From Candidatus Omnitrophota bacterium (lineage in GTDB: Bacteria > Omnitrophota > Gorgyraeia > 2-02-FULL-51-18 > JAGOUK01), in NCBI GenBank assembly GCA_047639455.1, contig JBLINS010000001.1:179-64178 (forward strand): a stretch of DNA of 64,000 bases, read 5' to 3'. Within the stretch, counting starts at the first letter, position 1; the number at the start of each line of letters is the position of its first letter. The notes beneath the pieces are model-generated. The model saw only the letters and a list, made by a program, of their open reading frames with translations, had not been told where the DNA came from and did no database searches. This document shows, piece after piece, positions 39,837 through 49,831 of this stretch. Position numbers and translations under genes: made by a program.

Positions 39837-41291
39837 TTATTGAGTTGGGATTGGGTTTGGTCCGGAGACCGCGGCTTGTTGTTGGGCGAGTAATTCGTAT
39901 TTTTTAGGGAAGAGGCCTTGCATGGCTTTGGTATTGACGCTTAGTTTTTCGAAGAGTGAGGTGATATTAGCTTCAAAGACTTCGACTTCATAATTGAATT
40001 TGAGTTCTTTTTGGAGCTCATCTTTTTTGCTGTCCCATAATGATTCAATCGGATCACCTATGCGGCGTATATTAAAAAGAGCGTATCCGGATTGGATGCG
40101 TATGGGTTGCGAAATTTCGTTATAGGCGAGTTCACTGAGTGCTTTGTTGATGCCGGGGATTTGGCCTATGCCATTGATTTCTTGGTCGGGTTGATATCCG
40201 TCTAGGGCAGTGATGGTTTTGCCCAGATCGTCCGCAGCGGATTCAAAACCTTTTTCTTTAGCTGACGTGTAGAATTGATTAGCTTCGTCCTTTAGGGCTT
40301 TGGATTTCTTTTTTTGAGTTAAGTCATTGATTAAGATATTGCGCGCGTCGTCTAGTGACATGGGTGCTTGTTTTTGTTTGATGATGAGTTCAAAGAGATA
40401 TTGTTTACCATCGTGCGCTAACCATTCAGTGTGGTCGCCCGGATTAGACAATGCGAAGATCGCTTGAGATAATTCTGGGGCAATACCAATATTGGGAATG
40501 GCGTCATTGCGGCCAAAGAAAGGCGTTCGACTTCCAGTGTCATGAATCAACTCATGTAATACATCCCCATCAGCAGGTGCGGTTACGCCATCAGGCAATA
40601 CTACAATGGAAACTTGGATCATTTCGGGAGACAATAGTCTGTCCTTGATCCAATCGTAGTATTGTTCTAACTCTTCATCCGTAACCTCAGGCACTTCTGA
40701 TATTTCTGTGGATAAAAATGTTAAATAATCAATGTCACGCAGGACAAAGCGTGAATTGAATAGTTCGCGGATTTTATCATCCGTTATATCCGCATCACCA
40801 CGCATATTGTCTCTAACTTTCTGCAGAGCCATAAAGTCCCTGACATCTTCTTCGAAAGACCTTGGCTCAACGCGTAAATATTGTTTGAGAACTTGATCGT
40901 AAAAAGCTGGGTCAAAGGACTCACCTTTATTAAAGAAGACTTTTTGGGTTTGTAGCCATTCAATAACTTCAGTATTGCTAATCTTAATATTGCGATTTTT
41001 AGCTTCGTGAACTAATAATATGCGTTGCCAGGTGAGTTCTTCAAAGTCGGCTTGGGCTGATAGTAAGTTGGGATCAATTTGGTGAAATAATTCTAATTCG
41101 CGGCGCAAGGCATTGTAGTTATCAATAAAGGCTTGTGTCGAAACCTTCTTTTTACCTATAGACCCGGCAACCTTAGAACCGCCAAGTCCGTCGAGAGAGA
41201 CGCCAAATAGCAAAAAGCCAGGGATAATCAGGCAAGCAGCCCCTATAACAACAAATCTTTGAGTTTTTTTATGCCGCAACCATTTAATCAT
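39837..41291 (-). CDS. periplasmic chaperone / PPIase-like protein (PpiD/SurA N-domain family)
   Basis: N-terminal TM anchor and a SurA_N-like region. Size and architecture resemble PpiD. A bona fide parvulin motif is not clear. Confidence 0.5.
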   Translation of the reverse strand: MIKWLRHKKTQRFVVIGAACLIIPGFLLFGVSLDGLGGSKVAGSIGKKKVSTQAFIDNYNALRRELELFHQIDPNLLSAQADFEELTWQRILLVHEAKNRNIKISNTEVIEWLQTQKVFFNKGESFDPAFYDQVLKQYLRVEPRSFEEDVRDFMALQKVRDNMRGDADITDDKIRELFNSRFVLRDIDYLTFLSTEISEVPEVTDEELEQYYDWIKDRLLSPEMIQVSIVVLPDGVTAPADGDVLHELIHDTGSRTPFFGRNDAIPNIGIAPELSQAIFALSNPGDHTEWLAHDGKQYLFELIIKQKQAPMSLDDARNILINDLTQKKKSKALKDEANQFYTSAKEKGFESAADDLGKTITALDGYQPDQEINGIGQIPGINKALSELAYNEISQPIRIQSGYALFNIRRIGDPIESLWDSKKDELQKELKFNYEVEVFEANITSLFEKLSVNTKAMQGLFPKKYELLAQQQAAVSGPNPIPTQ

Positions 41292-41392
41292 CGGAAAATT
41301 ATAGCATACGGACGCTAATTAAACCGTTGTTTTTAGTGCGAAATAAAATATTTTTTGATTAGCGGGGGTATGCCCACAATCAGATTACACCC

Positions 41393-41436
41393 ACGTCATT
41401 GCGAGTTACGCGTAGCAGTAACGCGGCAATCTAGGG
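41393..41436. repeat. dispersed repeat family B (CGTCATTGCGAG...GCGTAGCAG.AACGCGGCAATC)
   Basis: Reverse-complement match to 3801-3842. The related short motif CT(C/T)CGCAA(T/C)GA(C/T)G recurs at 12181, 22751, 47984, 41513, 54180 and 8726. Confidence 0.7.
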
Positions 41437-41817
41437 TAAATTAGATTCTGGACGTCAGATATCAATGGATTTGGGTAGTTATTAGACCTAGATTACCGCG
41501 GCCACAAAACGGCCTCGTAATGACGGGGTGCTGTGACATGCATGGTATTTGGTTGCGGGGTGTGGTTGATTAATAGTACAGAAACTAAGTTAAATTAAGC
41601 AATAATAAGTATAATTGACGCATACTTTCGAGGATGATACAATCTTATTTCACTGATTTATAGCTTTGCGGACAATCTTTTGGAATGCGCATTTAAATCT
41701 TTCATATTCTTATAATTTATATATAATAGGGCTCTTTTCATTGAGCACCCCACCTTTATTTTAAGGCGCTTTTGGGGTTATTTTAATAGATAATTAAACA
41801 TTTGATACAGGAAACAT

Positions 41818-42708
41818 ATGGCAAAGCAGGCAGAATTTAAACTGAAATTCGGTTTACCATCAGGCTCCTTACAGGAAGCCACCATAAAGATGTTAAGCAG
41901 AGCTGGGTTTAAGGTGAGTGTGAGATCACGCTCTTATTTTCCTTCTATAGACGACCATGAATTAGACCCTGTTTTATTACGCGCACAAGAAATGTCTCGT
42001 TATGTTGAGCAAGGAGCGCTGGATTGCGGTATAACGGGTGAGGATTGGATACTCGAAAATGGCTCGGATGTTGTCCGTATTCAAGATATGGTTTATGGCA
42101 AAACGGGCCGCAGTCCAGTTCGTTGGGTTTTGGCTGTGCCTAATGAATCCAAAATAAAGTCGATTAAAGACCTTAAGGGTAAGCGCATTGCGACAGAGCT
42201 CAAGGGGTTTACCCAAGCATATTTTAAAAAACATGGCGTGCCAGTAGATGTTGAGTTTTCTTGGGGCGCTACTGAAGTTAAAGTTGGTTACGGTTTAGTT
42301 GACGCAATTGTTGATATCACTGAAACGGGATCGTCTTTGAGAGCGAATAATTTACGTATTGTGGAAACGCTTTGTCACTCGACTACCAAATTCATTGCGA
42401 ATAAGGCAGCTTGGGATAATCCAAAGAAGCGCAAAAAAATCGAAGCCATGGCGCTTCTTTTCAAAAGTGCCATTGAAGCTCAAAGTAAAGTTGGCCTTAA
42501 GATGAATGTTGAAGCTAAAGACTTGGATAAGATTTTGAAAAAATTACCGGCTTTAAAAAAGCCAACGGTGGCTGAATTGTCAGCTAAAGGTTGGCTAGAT
42601 GTAGACACTATCGTTGATGATAGTGAGGTTAAGCACTTAATACCGGCACTCAAAGCTGCTGGTGCATCTGGCATTATTGAGTATCCTCTTAATAAAGTAG
42701 TTGATTGA
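41818..42708 (+). CDS. hisG: ATP phosphoribosyltransferase, long form
   Basis: 296 aa. GKRIAT...LVDAIVDITETGSSLRANNL plus a C-terminal regulatory domain. No other his genes are adjacent. Confidence 0.8.
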   Translation: MAKQAEFKLKFGLPSGSLQEATIKMLSRAGFKVSVRSRSYFPSIDDHELDPVLLRAQEMSRYVEQGALDCGITGEDWILENGSDVVRIQDMVYGKTGRSPVRWVLAVPNESKIKSIKDLKGKRIATELKGFTQAYFKKHGVPVDVEFSWGATEVKVGYGLVDAIVDITETGSSLRANNLRIVETLCHSTTKFIANKAAWDNPKKRKKIEAMALLFKSAIEAQSKVGLKMNVEAKDLDKILKKLPALKKPTVAELSAKGWLDVDTIVDDSEVKHLIPALKAAGASGIIEYPLNKVVD

Positions 42709-42801
42709 TAAAATAATAACCCAGTTCTAAGTATAGCGTCGCACCAAATAATATTTTGATCGAACGCTAACGTATATAGGATTGAACCAAAGGAAAAGCA
42801 T

Positions 42802-42891
42802 ATGCCTTGTGGCAAGAAACGCAAACGTCATAAGATGTCTGTTCACAAACGTCGCAAACGTCGTCGTCGTGATAGACACAAGAAAAAATAA
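42802..42891 (+). CDS. 29-aa highly basic protein, probably ribosomal protein bS22-like (AURKAIP1/DUF1713-like)
   Basis: MPCGKKRKRHKMSVHKRRKRRRRDRHKKK, with an AGGAAAA SD 5 nt upstream. Not in the ORF track because it is under 60 aa. Confidence 0.6.
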   Translation: MPCGKKRKRHKMSVHKRRKRRRRDRHKKK

Positions 42892-42910
42892 ATCGCATTT
42901 AGATGATTAA

Positions 42911-44488
42911 TTGGCTTGGACAAATACGCTTTGTCCAAGCCAGAAGTGCATTCTCAAGATTGAAAGGTTGCCTTTGAAAGAGAAAACTTCGATTATCATA
43001 TCTTGTCTAGCTGGAGCGCTTTTTTCAATTGGCTTATTGTGGTTGAATTCTCACCCAATGTCATTTGGAATTAAAGGCGGTTTGCACAAGATTAGTACGC
43101 CTATAAATCTCAGCCAAGAGCAGCATAACAAATCCAAAGCTTATGCAAACTTTGTTATGGGACTTTTGTATGAAAAAAAAGGCGACTCAGCCCGCGCCGC
43201 TCAAAAGTTTAAATCCACAACTCAATTGGACCCAAAGGCCACATTAGCCAAAATTCATTATGGCGTGATGCTCACACATATGGGCATGCAGGCTAAAGCT
43301 GATCGCGTCTTAGATGAGGCTACCGCACTTAGTGATAAACGTTTTCATACGCGTGCATTAGCGGCGCTTATATTTGTAAGCCAAGGCAGATATGATGACG
43401 CTATCCGACAATTAACTTTAGCGCATGAAGAAAACCCTGAAGATGCGTTTGTGATTTCTTCATTAGCTGAAATATACGTTGTGTCTAATCGACTTTCTGA
43501 TGCCATTGATTCCTTTAATCAATTACTCATAGTCAAACCTAATTCAGCCATAACTTATTTTAATCTAGCTATCATTGAATCTAGATTGAGACGTTTGGAT
43601 GATGCTGCAAGTCATTTACTTAAGGCCATAGATTTGGACCCAAATTCTTTAAAAGCTTGGGTGGCATTGGGTTTGATATACGAAAAACAAGACAATGTAG
43701 CCTTGGCGGTTGACGCCTATGAAAAGGCTCTCAAGCTCACGCCCATAGATCCGCGCGTATATCATAATTTAGCGCGGCTCCATAATAAACAAAATGACAC
43801 AAATGCTGCGTTAAGTCAGTACGAAGCTGCCTTGGCTTATAATCCAAAAGATGTGGACGCAGCCCTAGACGCAGCTCTGTTGTGCATTCAGTTGCAAAAG
43901 ACCGAAGAAGCTATGCGATTTCTAAACATACCCTTGGCGAATGGAATGCAACACCACAAAATTTATTTCATGATGGGTTATATTCAATCTGAAACCAAAG
44001 TATTCGACCAAGCTATTAAGTATTATCTCCGATCTCTAGAGCTGAATCCAAACTTTGCTGAAACATATTTCTATTTAGGTGTATTATATGATGACATTAA
44101 CGATATAGATAAAGCTCTAGTATATTTACAAAGAGCAATAGAGCTTGATCCTTGGAATGCAGAAGCATACAATTATTTAGGTTTCTTATTAGTTGAGACA
44201 GGTTCAGATTTAAATCTCGCCGTTGAATACATAAGCAAGGCTCTAAAACTCGAACCGCGGAATGCATCTTTTGCTGATTCCCTTGGTTGGGCATATTATA
44301 AGAAAGGTTTATACAATCAGGCTGTTGCACAGCTCGAAAAGGCCGTGGCCATTGATGGCGGTGATATTGTGATTCGCCAACATTTGGTTGACGCCTACGG
44401 CAAGCTTGGTGAGAAGAATAAAGCGTTAGAATTAATTAATCAAGACCCTAGTGTCAAAGATCAAAATTTATCAGTATTAGCTTTATAA
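42911..44488 (+). CDS. TPR-repeat protein with N-terminal TM anchor
   Basis: Ten or more TPR-like 34-aa repeats (AxxYxxLGxxYxxxGxxxxAxxxYxxALxLxP). Confidence 0.7.
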   Translation: MAWTNTLCPSQKCILKIERLPLKEKTSIIISCLAGALFSIGLLWLNSHPMSFGIKGGLHKISTPINLSQEQHNKSKAYANFVMGLLYEKKGDSARAAQKFKSTTQLDPKATLAKIHYGVMLTHMGMQAKADRVLDEATALSDKRFHTRALAALIFVSQGRYDDAIRQLTLAHEENPEDAFVISSLAEIYVVSNRLSDAIDSFNQLLIVKPNSAITYFNLAIIESRLRRLDDAASHLLKAIDLDPNSLKAWVALGLIYEKQDNVALAVDAYEKALKLTPIDPRVYHNLARLHNKQNDTNAALSQYEAALAYNPKDVDAALDAALLCIQLQKTEEAMRFLNIPLANGMQHHKIYFMMGYIQSETKVFDQAIKYYLRSLELNPNFAETYFYLGVLYDDINDIDKALVYLQRAIELDPWNAEAYNYLGFLLVETGSDLNLAVEYISKALKLEPRNASFADSLGWAYYKKGLYNQAVAQLEKAVAIDGGDIVIRQHLVDAYGKLGEKNKALELINQDPSVKDQNLSVLAL

Positions 44489-44508
44489 AAAGGAGAGGTT
44501 AGTAATAT

Positions 44509-46152
44509 ATGTGGAAACGAAGAATGAAGTATTTTTTTATTAAGCATTGGATCAAACTCGCTGTTGTGATTGCATTGGCATTTTCGATTGCATTACCTTG
44601 GGCTGTATTAGGCCGCATTGATTCTTATCAAAGAATATATTTAATGGCATGGTTGTCGATTATGCCCATTCAATCCATAGTGTCTGCGGCTATATTTGTT
44701 GTGCTGCTTTATTGGTTGCATTATGGCGGTGGTTTTCAAAAAATTAAGAAAAAAAATATCAATGCATCCTTGGTGAATATTCATTGGGAAGATGTTATTG
44801 GTATGGAACAACCCAAATTAGAAGCTAAAGAAATCGTGAAGCTCATCAAGGACCATTTAAAAGTAGAAAAAATAGGCGGCAAAATGTTGCGTGGCCTATT
44901 GATGATGGGACCTCCAGGTTGCGGTAAAACCTATTTAGCTAAGGCTATTGCGACTGAATCTGGCGTGCCATTTTTGTCTATGTCGGGTGCTGAATTCGTT
45001 GAGATGTTTGTAGGTGTGGGAGCATCACGCGTGCGCCAAATCTTTAAGACAGCTCGCATGCAAGCCGATGAACATGGCGGCTGTATTATATTCCTAGACG
45101 AAATGGACACCATTGGTCGTCGACGTGTTTTTAACGCCTTTGGTGGTAGTGAAGAAACAAATTCCACATTGAATCAATTACTTGCAGAAATGGATGGGTT
45201 GTCTGATTCATCTAGCAATATTGTGGTGATTGGTGCTACGAATGCGGGTGAAGAAACATTAGATGAGGCTTTATTGCGTCCAGGCCGTTTTGACCGTAAG
45301 GTTATGGTCCAAAAGCCCGACGCCACTGAACGTGAAGCTATACTTAAATTCTATTTGAATAAAATCACATATGATAAAACCATGGATATTGCACGCATAG
45401 CTCGTAAAGCTATATATAAGACTCCATCGGACTTAAATAATATCGTTCAAGAGGCCGCTTTGATTTCTGCTCGTGAAGATAAAAAGACAGTCGACTATAA
45501 AGACATCATGAATGCAATGGACCGCATAGACTTGGGCTTTAAGCATAGGCTCAAAATGACTGATAGAGAAAGAACTATGACGGCTTATCATGAAGCTGGT
45601 CACGCAGTTGCGCTTTATTACTTACATCCAGAAAAAGAAGCCAATTATGCGACGATTATCAGCCGTGGTGGTGCGCTCGGACATGTGCAGCCCTTAAATA
45701 TCTCAGAATTATATTCACAAGATAGTGAGCATTTGATTGCCGAAATTAAAGTCGCCTTAGCGGGTTATGTTGCTGAGAAAACTAAGTTTGGCGTCACCAC
45801 TAATGGCGTATCAAGTGATTTTAAAGCTGCGATGTTTTATGCTCATAATATGGTGTGGAGATATGGTATGGGTGCAAGTGGCCTGGTTGGTGACTATACG
45901 GCCATTCCTAAGACACAAATCTCTGATGATATTAAGAACAAACTAAACGCTGACACGCAAGTCATGATTGACACCTCGTTAAAAGAGGTTGAAGAATTAT
46001 TGACTACTGAAAGTAATGTGTTTGATAAATTTGCTCAAGAATTATTATCCAAAGAAGAGTTGGATTATGACACCATCGTTGAGATCTTCAAAACAAACGG
46101 TGGTGATAGAGTGCGCAAACTGCGTAATAAACCTGGTGAAGCAATCGAATAA
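44509..46152 (+). CDS. FtsH-like AAA+ zinc metalloprotease with minimal periplasmic loop
   Basis: Two TM helices about 25 aa apart. Walker A GPPGCGKT, SRH, HEAGH zinc motif, and an FtsH-like C-terminal region. At 547 aa it is shorter than canonical FtsH. Confidence 0.75.
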   Translation: MWKRRMKYFFIKHWIKLAVVIALAFSIALPWAVLGRIDSYQRIYLMAWLSIMPIQSIVSAAIFVVLLYWLHYGGGFQKIKKKNINASLVNIHWEDVIGMEQPKLEAKEIVKLIKDHLKVEKIGGKMLRGLLMMGPPGCGKTYLAKAIATESGVPFLSMSGAEFVEMFVGVGASRVRQIFKTARMQADEHGGCIIFLDEMDTIGRRRVFNAFGGSEETNSTLNQLLAEMDGLSDSSSNIVVIGATNAGEETLDEALLRPGRFDRKVMVQKPDATEREAILKFYLNKITYDKTMDIARIARKAIYKTPSDLNNIVQEAALISAREDKKTVDYKDIMNAMDRIDLGFKHRLKMTDRERTMTAYHEAGHAVALYYLHPEKEANYATIISRGGALGHVQPLNISELYSQDSEHLIAEIKVALAGYVAEKTKFGVTTNGVSSDFKAAMFYAHNMVWRYGMGASGLVGDYTAIPKTQISDDIKNKLNADTQVMIDTSLKEVEELLTTESNVFDKFAQELLSKEELDYDTIVEIFKTNGGDRVRKLRNKPGEAIE

Positions 46153-47116
46153 GCCTTTTCTTAATTTACTCTCGCTAAGCCTATGTTTATCGCTCATTGC
46201 CCTATCGGGATGCGCTGTTGAACCTTCGTTTCCTGGGAGCCAAATTGAAGAAAAGATCAAATCCATTTGTAAGGAATTGTACGGCTTAGATGTTTTGAGC
46301 CAAAATGCTGGCGGAACCATTGGTGCCATGCTCTATTTAGATAGCATGCTGGATGAAGCTGGCACACAAATCCCCAAGGATATCCACGTAAAATTAGGTA
46401 ATTTAACTTCTGTTGTTTCGCGTGTAGCCCTATCAACTGATCAAGACATTAACTTCATCGTCGTAGGTATACGTGGTCGTAGTGAGGGTATTGAATTGCT
46501 GATTATTCGCAATATTTATGACATCAAAAAAGCGCAAACCGAAGCTTTGTCGATTACTGAATCGATGAAGCGGACTGTCTTCAAGCAATCGCGCTACGAT
46601 GTTAAAGATGTTAAGGGTGAGGTGTTTGAATTAAAGGACCTTTCTTTAGAGGACTTTGTTATTCAGCAGATTTTGCAGAGAGTCCGCTATGCTGACGATG
46701 GCAAAACTGAGAAAAAAGATGATGATGAGGAAGAGGCGCCAGCTCCAGAAGCACCTCAAGAGCTCTTTGATGGTAGACATATCGAAACATCTGAAGGAAT
46801 TGTATTCGACCTCTCATTATTATCTTTTGATACCAATAACTCATTAAGTAAATTGCAGCAAATGCTTATCGATAGTAAAGACGTTTTTGAGGGTTATAAA
46901 TTCAAAGATTATGACAAACTAATTGTTCGTGATCTTTTGAATGGCCGTAAAGTCGAGCTTGATAGGCAGACTATGGATATGTACATCAGTAAACAAATTA
47001 CTATCGAAAGCATTATGGATCAATACTTGGAAATGGACACGAATCGATCATCTATGTTCAAGAATGCTTTAGAGGTATTCGGCGTTGATGGCATTACCTC
47101 GAATGCCCAAAAGTAA
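46136..47116 (+). CDS. lipoprotein of unknown function
   Basis: A GTG start gives a textbook lipoprotein signal VKQSNKPFLNLLSLSLCLSLIALSG|C. The alternative ATG at 46016 overlaps ftsH by 137 nt. Acidic Ala/Pro-rich linker. Confidence 0.5.
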   Translation: MKQSNKPFLNLLSLSLCLSLIALSGCAVEPSFPGSQIEEKIKSICKELYGLDVLSQNAGGTIGAMLYLDSMLDEAGTQIPKDIHVKLGNLTSVVSRVALSTDQDINFIVVGIRGRSEGIELLIIRNIYDIKKAQTEALSITESMKRTVFKQSRYDVKDVKGEVFELKDLSLEDFVIQQILQRVRYADDGKTEKKDDDEEEAPAPEAPQELFDGRHIETSEGIVFDLSLLSFDTNNSLSKLQQMLIDSKDVFEGYKFKDYDKLIVRDLLNGRKVELDRQTMDMYISKQITIESIMDQYLEMDTNRSSMFKNALEVFGVDGITSNAQK

Positions 47117-47975
47117 GTACACCCTTCACAAAAAAGCCTATGCCAAAGTTAATTTGGTTCTCAAAGTTTTAAATAAGAGACCCGACGGTTTTAATAATAT
47201 CCAAACATTGTTTGAACGCATCAGCCTCTATGATGAATTATCTTTTGGCCTTAAAAAAGAGGGCATAACTCTCACCACCAATGCTAAGGGGCTGCCCACT
47301 GATTCCAAAAACTTAGTCGTCCAGGCAGCGCTCAAATTGCAATCCGTTTGCAAAGTTAATCGGGGCGCCTATATTCACTTAAAAAAGAATTTGCCTATTG
47401 CCTCTGGAGTTGGCGCGGGTTCGAGTGACGCGGCCGCAACATTAATGGCCCTCAATCAACTTTGGAAACTCAAATTAAGCACTAAGCAATTAGCGCAATT
47501 AGGGTCTGAATTTGGGAGTGATATATCTTTTTTTACATTGAATACACCATTTGCCATTGGCCAAGGACGCGGAGAAAAGCTAAAAGCTCTGAATAGCAAA
47601 AGAAGGTTTCACCACGTATTTTTAACGCCCCGCTTAGAAGTATCTGCGGGCTCTGTTTATAAATCTCTTCGCTCACAGTGGCACACACCTAATGTATCCA
47701 CGACTGAAATAGCACATGGACTCAAATCTGTTACAAACTCGAATGTACGCGATTTTGTGTGGAATATTTTAGAATTACCCATTCTAGCCAAATACCCACA
47801 AATAGGAATACTCAAGCAAGACTTCCTCAAAGCGGGCGCCGATTTCGCCTGCGTATCCGGAAGTGGCCCAACCCTATTCACCATTTGTAATACGCCTAAA
47901 CAAGCTCAAAATATAGCCCATAAACTAAGCCAAACCCACCCCAAAGCCTATATCGCTACTGCCACCACTATGTAA
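47085..47975 (+). CDS. ispE: 4-diphosphocytidyl-2-C-methyl-D-erythritol kinase
   Basis: GHMP kinase. AYAKVNLVLKVL... and PIASGVGAGSSDAAA motifs. The true start is probably the internal ATG (MPKSKY...). Confidence 0.85.
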   Translation: MMALPRMPKSKYTLHKKAYAKVNLVLKVLNKRPDGFNNIQTLFERISLYDELSFGLKKEGITLTTNAKGLPTDSKNLVVQAALKLQSVCKVNRGAYIHLKKNLPIASGVGAGSSDAAATLMALNQLWKLKLSTKQLAQLGSEFGSDISFFTLNTPFAIGQGRGEKLKALNSKRRFHHVFLTPRLEVSAGSVYKSLRSQWHTPNVSTTEIAHGLKSVTNSNVRDFVWNILELPILAKYPQIGILKQDFLKAGADFACVSGSGPTLFTICNTPKQAQNIAHKLSQTHPKAYIATATTM

Positions 47976-48082
47976 TTCGCGTCCTTCGCAATGATGCTAG
48001 TTAAAAATAATTCAGACACACAGAATTGCACACTCTCAAACTACGGTTTAACGCACCACTTGCTTCTACGATGTTCCGTAAT

Positions 48083-48922
48083 CTAAACTTCGAATGTTTC
48101 TGGGTCTAGGGTCTCGGTGACCTTCATTTCAGACTCAAGTATTGATCCATCTGGATTGTAGGTGATCTTAATCCGCATAGTTGCTTTAGACCAATCCGTT
48201 TCTCCATCTGCAAGTTTGAGCCAAGTTTCGACGTATGTGCCGTCGGGTGCCGTGCTCACGAGCACTAATTCCATACCATCCAAAACAGGCTTTTCGGTCG
48301 ATGTGGTCGTGGTTGTGGCGGAAACCGATTCAATTATGTTCGTTTCAGCTGATGATATGATGAGAATATAGTCATAATTATATTCGGAGTCAGCTGGTGG
48401 ATTGAAATAAGTATTTAACTTTCCATCACTACTTAAGAATTGATTTTTTAATTCCCAGGTCGACAAATCAATTGTTTGTATTTCGGGCTCTACGACAACG
48501 TCAGCCCGCTCCCTCTGTTTTAGAGAGTGATATCGATTTTCAGATTTATGATAGGTTGTTTTTGGGTCGCCATGATAGAGCTTGGCTTCGACTGTATTGA
48601 GATGAGTCTTTTTTATAGGCGTATAGTTAATCGATTTAAATCTGTTACTGCTTATATCATTGAATACATTTTGGCCTAATCGCCGGAGTGATTCGATAAT
48701 CGATTTTGAATTGGCTTTAACTTTAGCCTTATTGCCCAAAGCCGTATTTCTGTCCGATATTTGTTTGATTTTTTTATACTTTTGTAATTGCTTGGGGGTA
48801 TGAATGGGCATTACATTATTTTTATTCTGAACATGCCCTTTGGGACCAGCTATACTTGGACAGGCGATGATTAATGTGCTCAATGTGAAGATTATTGCTG
48901 TGAGTGTTGAGATACGTTTCAC
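48083..48922 (-). CDS. secreted hypothetical protein with a Thr-rich segment
   Basis: Signal peptide. SATTTTTSTEKP stretch. No recognisable domain. Confidence 0.45.
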   Translation of the reverse strand: MKRISTLTAIIFTLSTLIIACPSIAGPKGHVQNKNNVMPIHTPKQLQKYKKIKQISDRNTALGNKAKVKANSKSIIESLRRLGQNVFNDISSNRFKSINYTPIKKTHLNTVEAKLYHGDPKTTYHKSENRYHSLKQRERADVVVEPEIQTIDLSTWELKNQFLSSDGKLNTYFNPPADSEYNYDYILIISSAETNIIESVSATTTTTSTEKPVLDGMELVLVSTAPDGTYVETWLKLADGETDWSKATMRIKITYNPDGSILESEMKVTETLDPETFEV

Positions 48923-49222
48923 TTTACACCTCTTTTCTATTGGTAGCCTGGCTGACCTTCCTTCATTGTAAGGGGAGGTTCCATGGTTTTGCGTCCCATG
49001 TTTTCACATGGTTTGCCAGCATATAAATGCTTTTGCTACCCCTGTTAGGGGTTTTTTCTTTAAAAGAGCTTTGAGAGCACCCATATTGTGCCCTAATAAG
49101 AGTATAGGCGACAAAATAGGAGAATTCAAGGCAACTAATCTAAATATAACCTAAATTAAATCTAAATATTGACTATTATTAAGCAATTCTAAGCAGTGGC
49201 AACTACAGGTGTTGTTTCGGCT

Positions 49223-49831
49223 CTAGACATTGGCTATTGTGGCTGAGGGTGCGTCTGGGTGCACGGTGTCATCAGCTTCAATGACAAGTGCATTAGAAAC
49301 ATCAAAAGATAATCTAAAAGTTGCGGGGCCCAAGTCTGAGTTGATGGTGAAGGTGTTGGTGGTATCCAAAATTGTGATTGTGCCATCACCAACACTAAGT
49401 GTGAAGCCAGCCGGAAAGCCTGTATCACTAGTGATGGTGAAGGCTTGTTCCTCAGACACGCAAGCCCCACCCGTAGTCGGAGTGCCATCATCATCTGTAC
49501 AAAATTGGGTACCCGTATTAACGCCAGCATCCTGTGTAATAGCACCCTGTAATGTGAAGCTATTAGAGATCGTGGCACGAATATTTGTGTAGGTGCCATC
49601 AGGCAAGTCTACATTGCCCACATATTGTGCTGCAGCTATGCCAGAGCTAACGGAGGCAATATCAATCACAGCATCATTTTCAGCAAGGGTGATGAAAATT
49701 GATCCATCTGTCGAAACTTCAATTTTTTTCATGGTTATTTTGTAAACGGTGGGATCGGCCGTAGCTGCTAAAGCTGTATATGAATACAAACTCATAAAAA
49801 TGAGTGTTAGGCAAAAAAGACCATATTTCAT
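49223..49831 (-). CDS. secreted Thr/Gly-rich beta-rich protein (possibly SCPU/DUF4402-like)
   Basis: Signal peptide. Composition and periodicity suggest a beta-sandwich. GC is locally higher than in the surroundings. 4-nt overlap with the upstream gene. Confidence 0.45.
   Translation of the reverse strand: MKYGLFCLTLIFMSLYSYTALAATADPTVYKITMKKIEVSTDGSIFITLAENDAVIDIASVSSGIAAAQYVGNVDLPDGTYTNIRATISNSFTLQGAITQDAGVNTGTQFCTDDDGTPTTGGACVSEEQAFTITSDTGFPAGFTLSVGDGTITILDTTNTFTINSDLGPATFRLSFDVSNALVIEADDTVHPDAPSATIANV

Noticed and set aside
41292-41817. his leader peptide or T-box upstream of hisG
   Set aside because: No run of His codons and no T-box specifier or antiterminator consensus is visible. 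The region mainly contains family-B repeats.
49230-49599. ORFs 49230..49592(+) and 49234..49599(-)
   Set aside because: Alternative frames inside the higher-GC secreted-protein gene 49223..49831(-). The long frame with a signal peptide is preferred.
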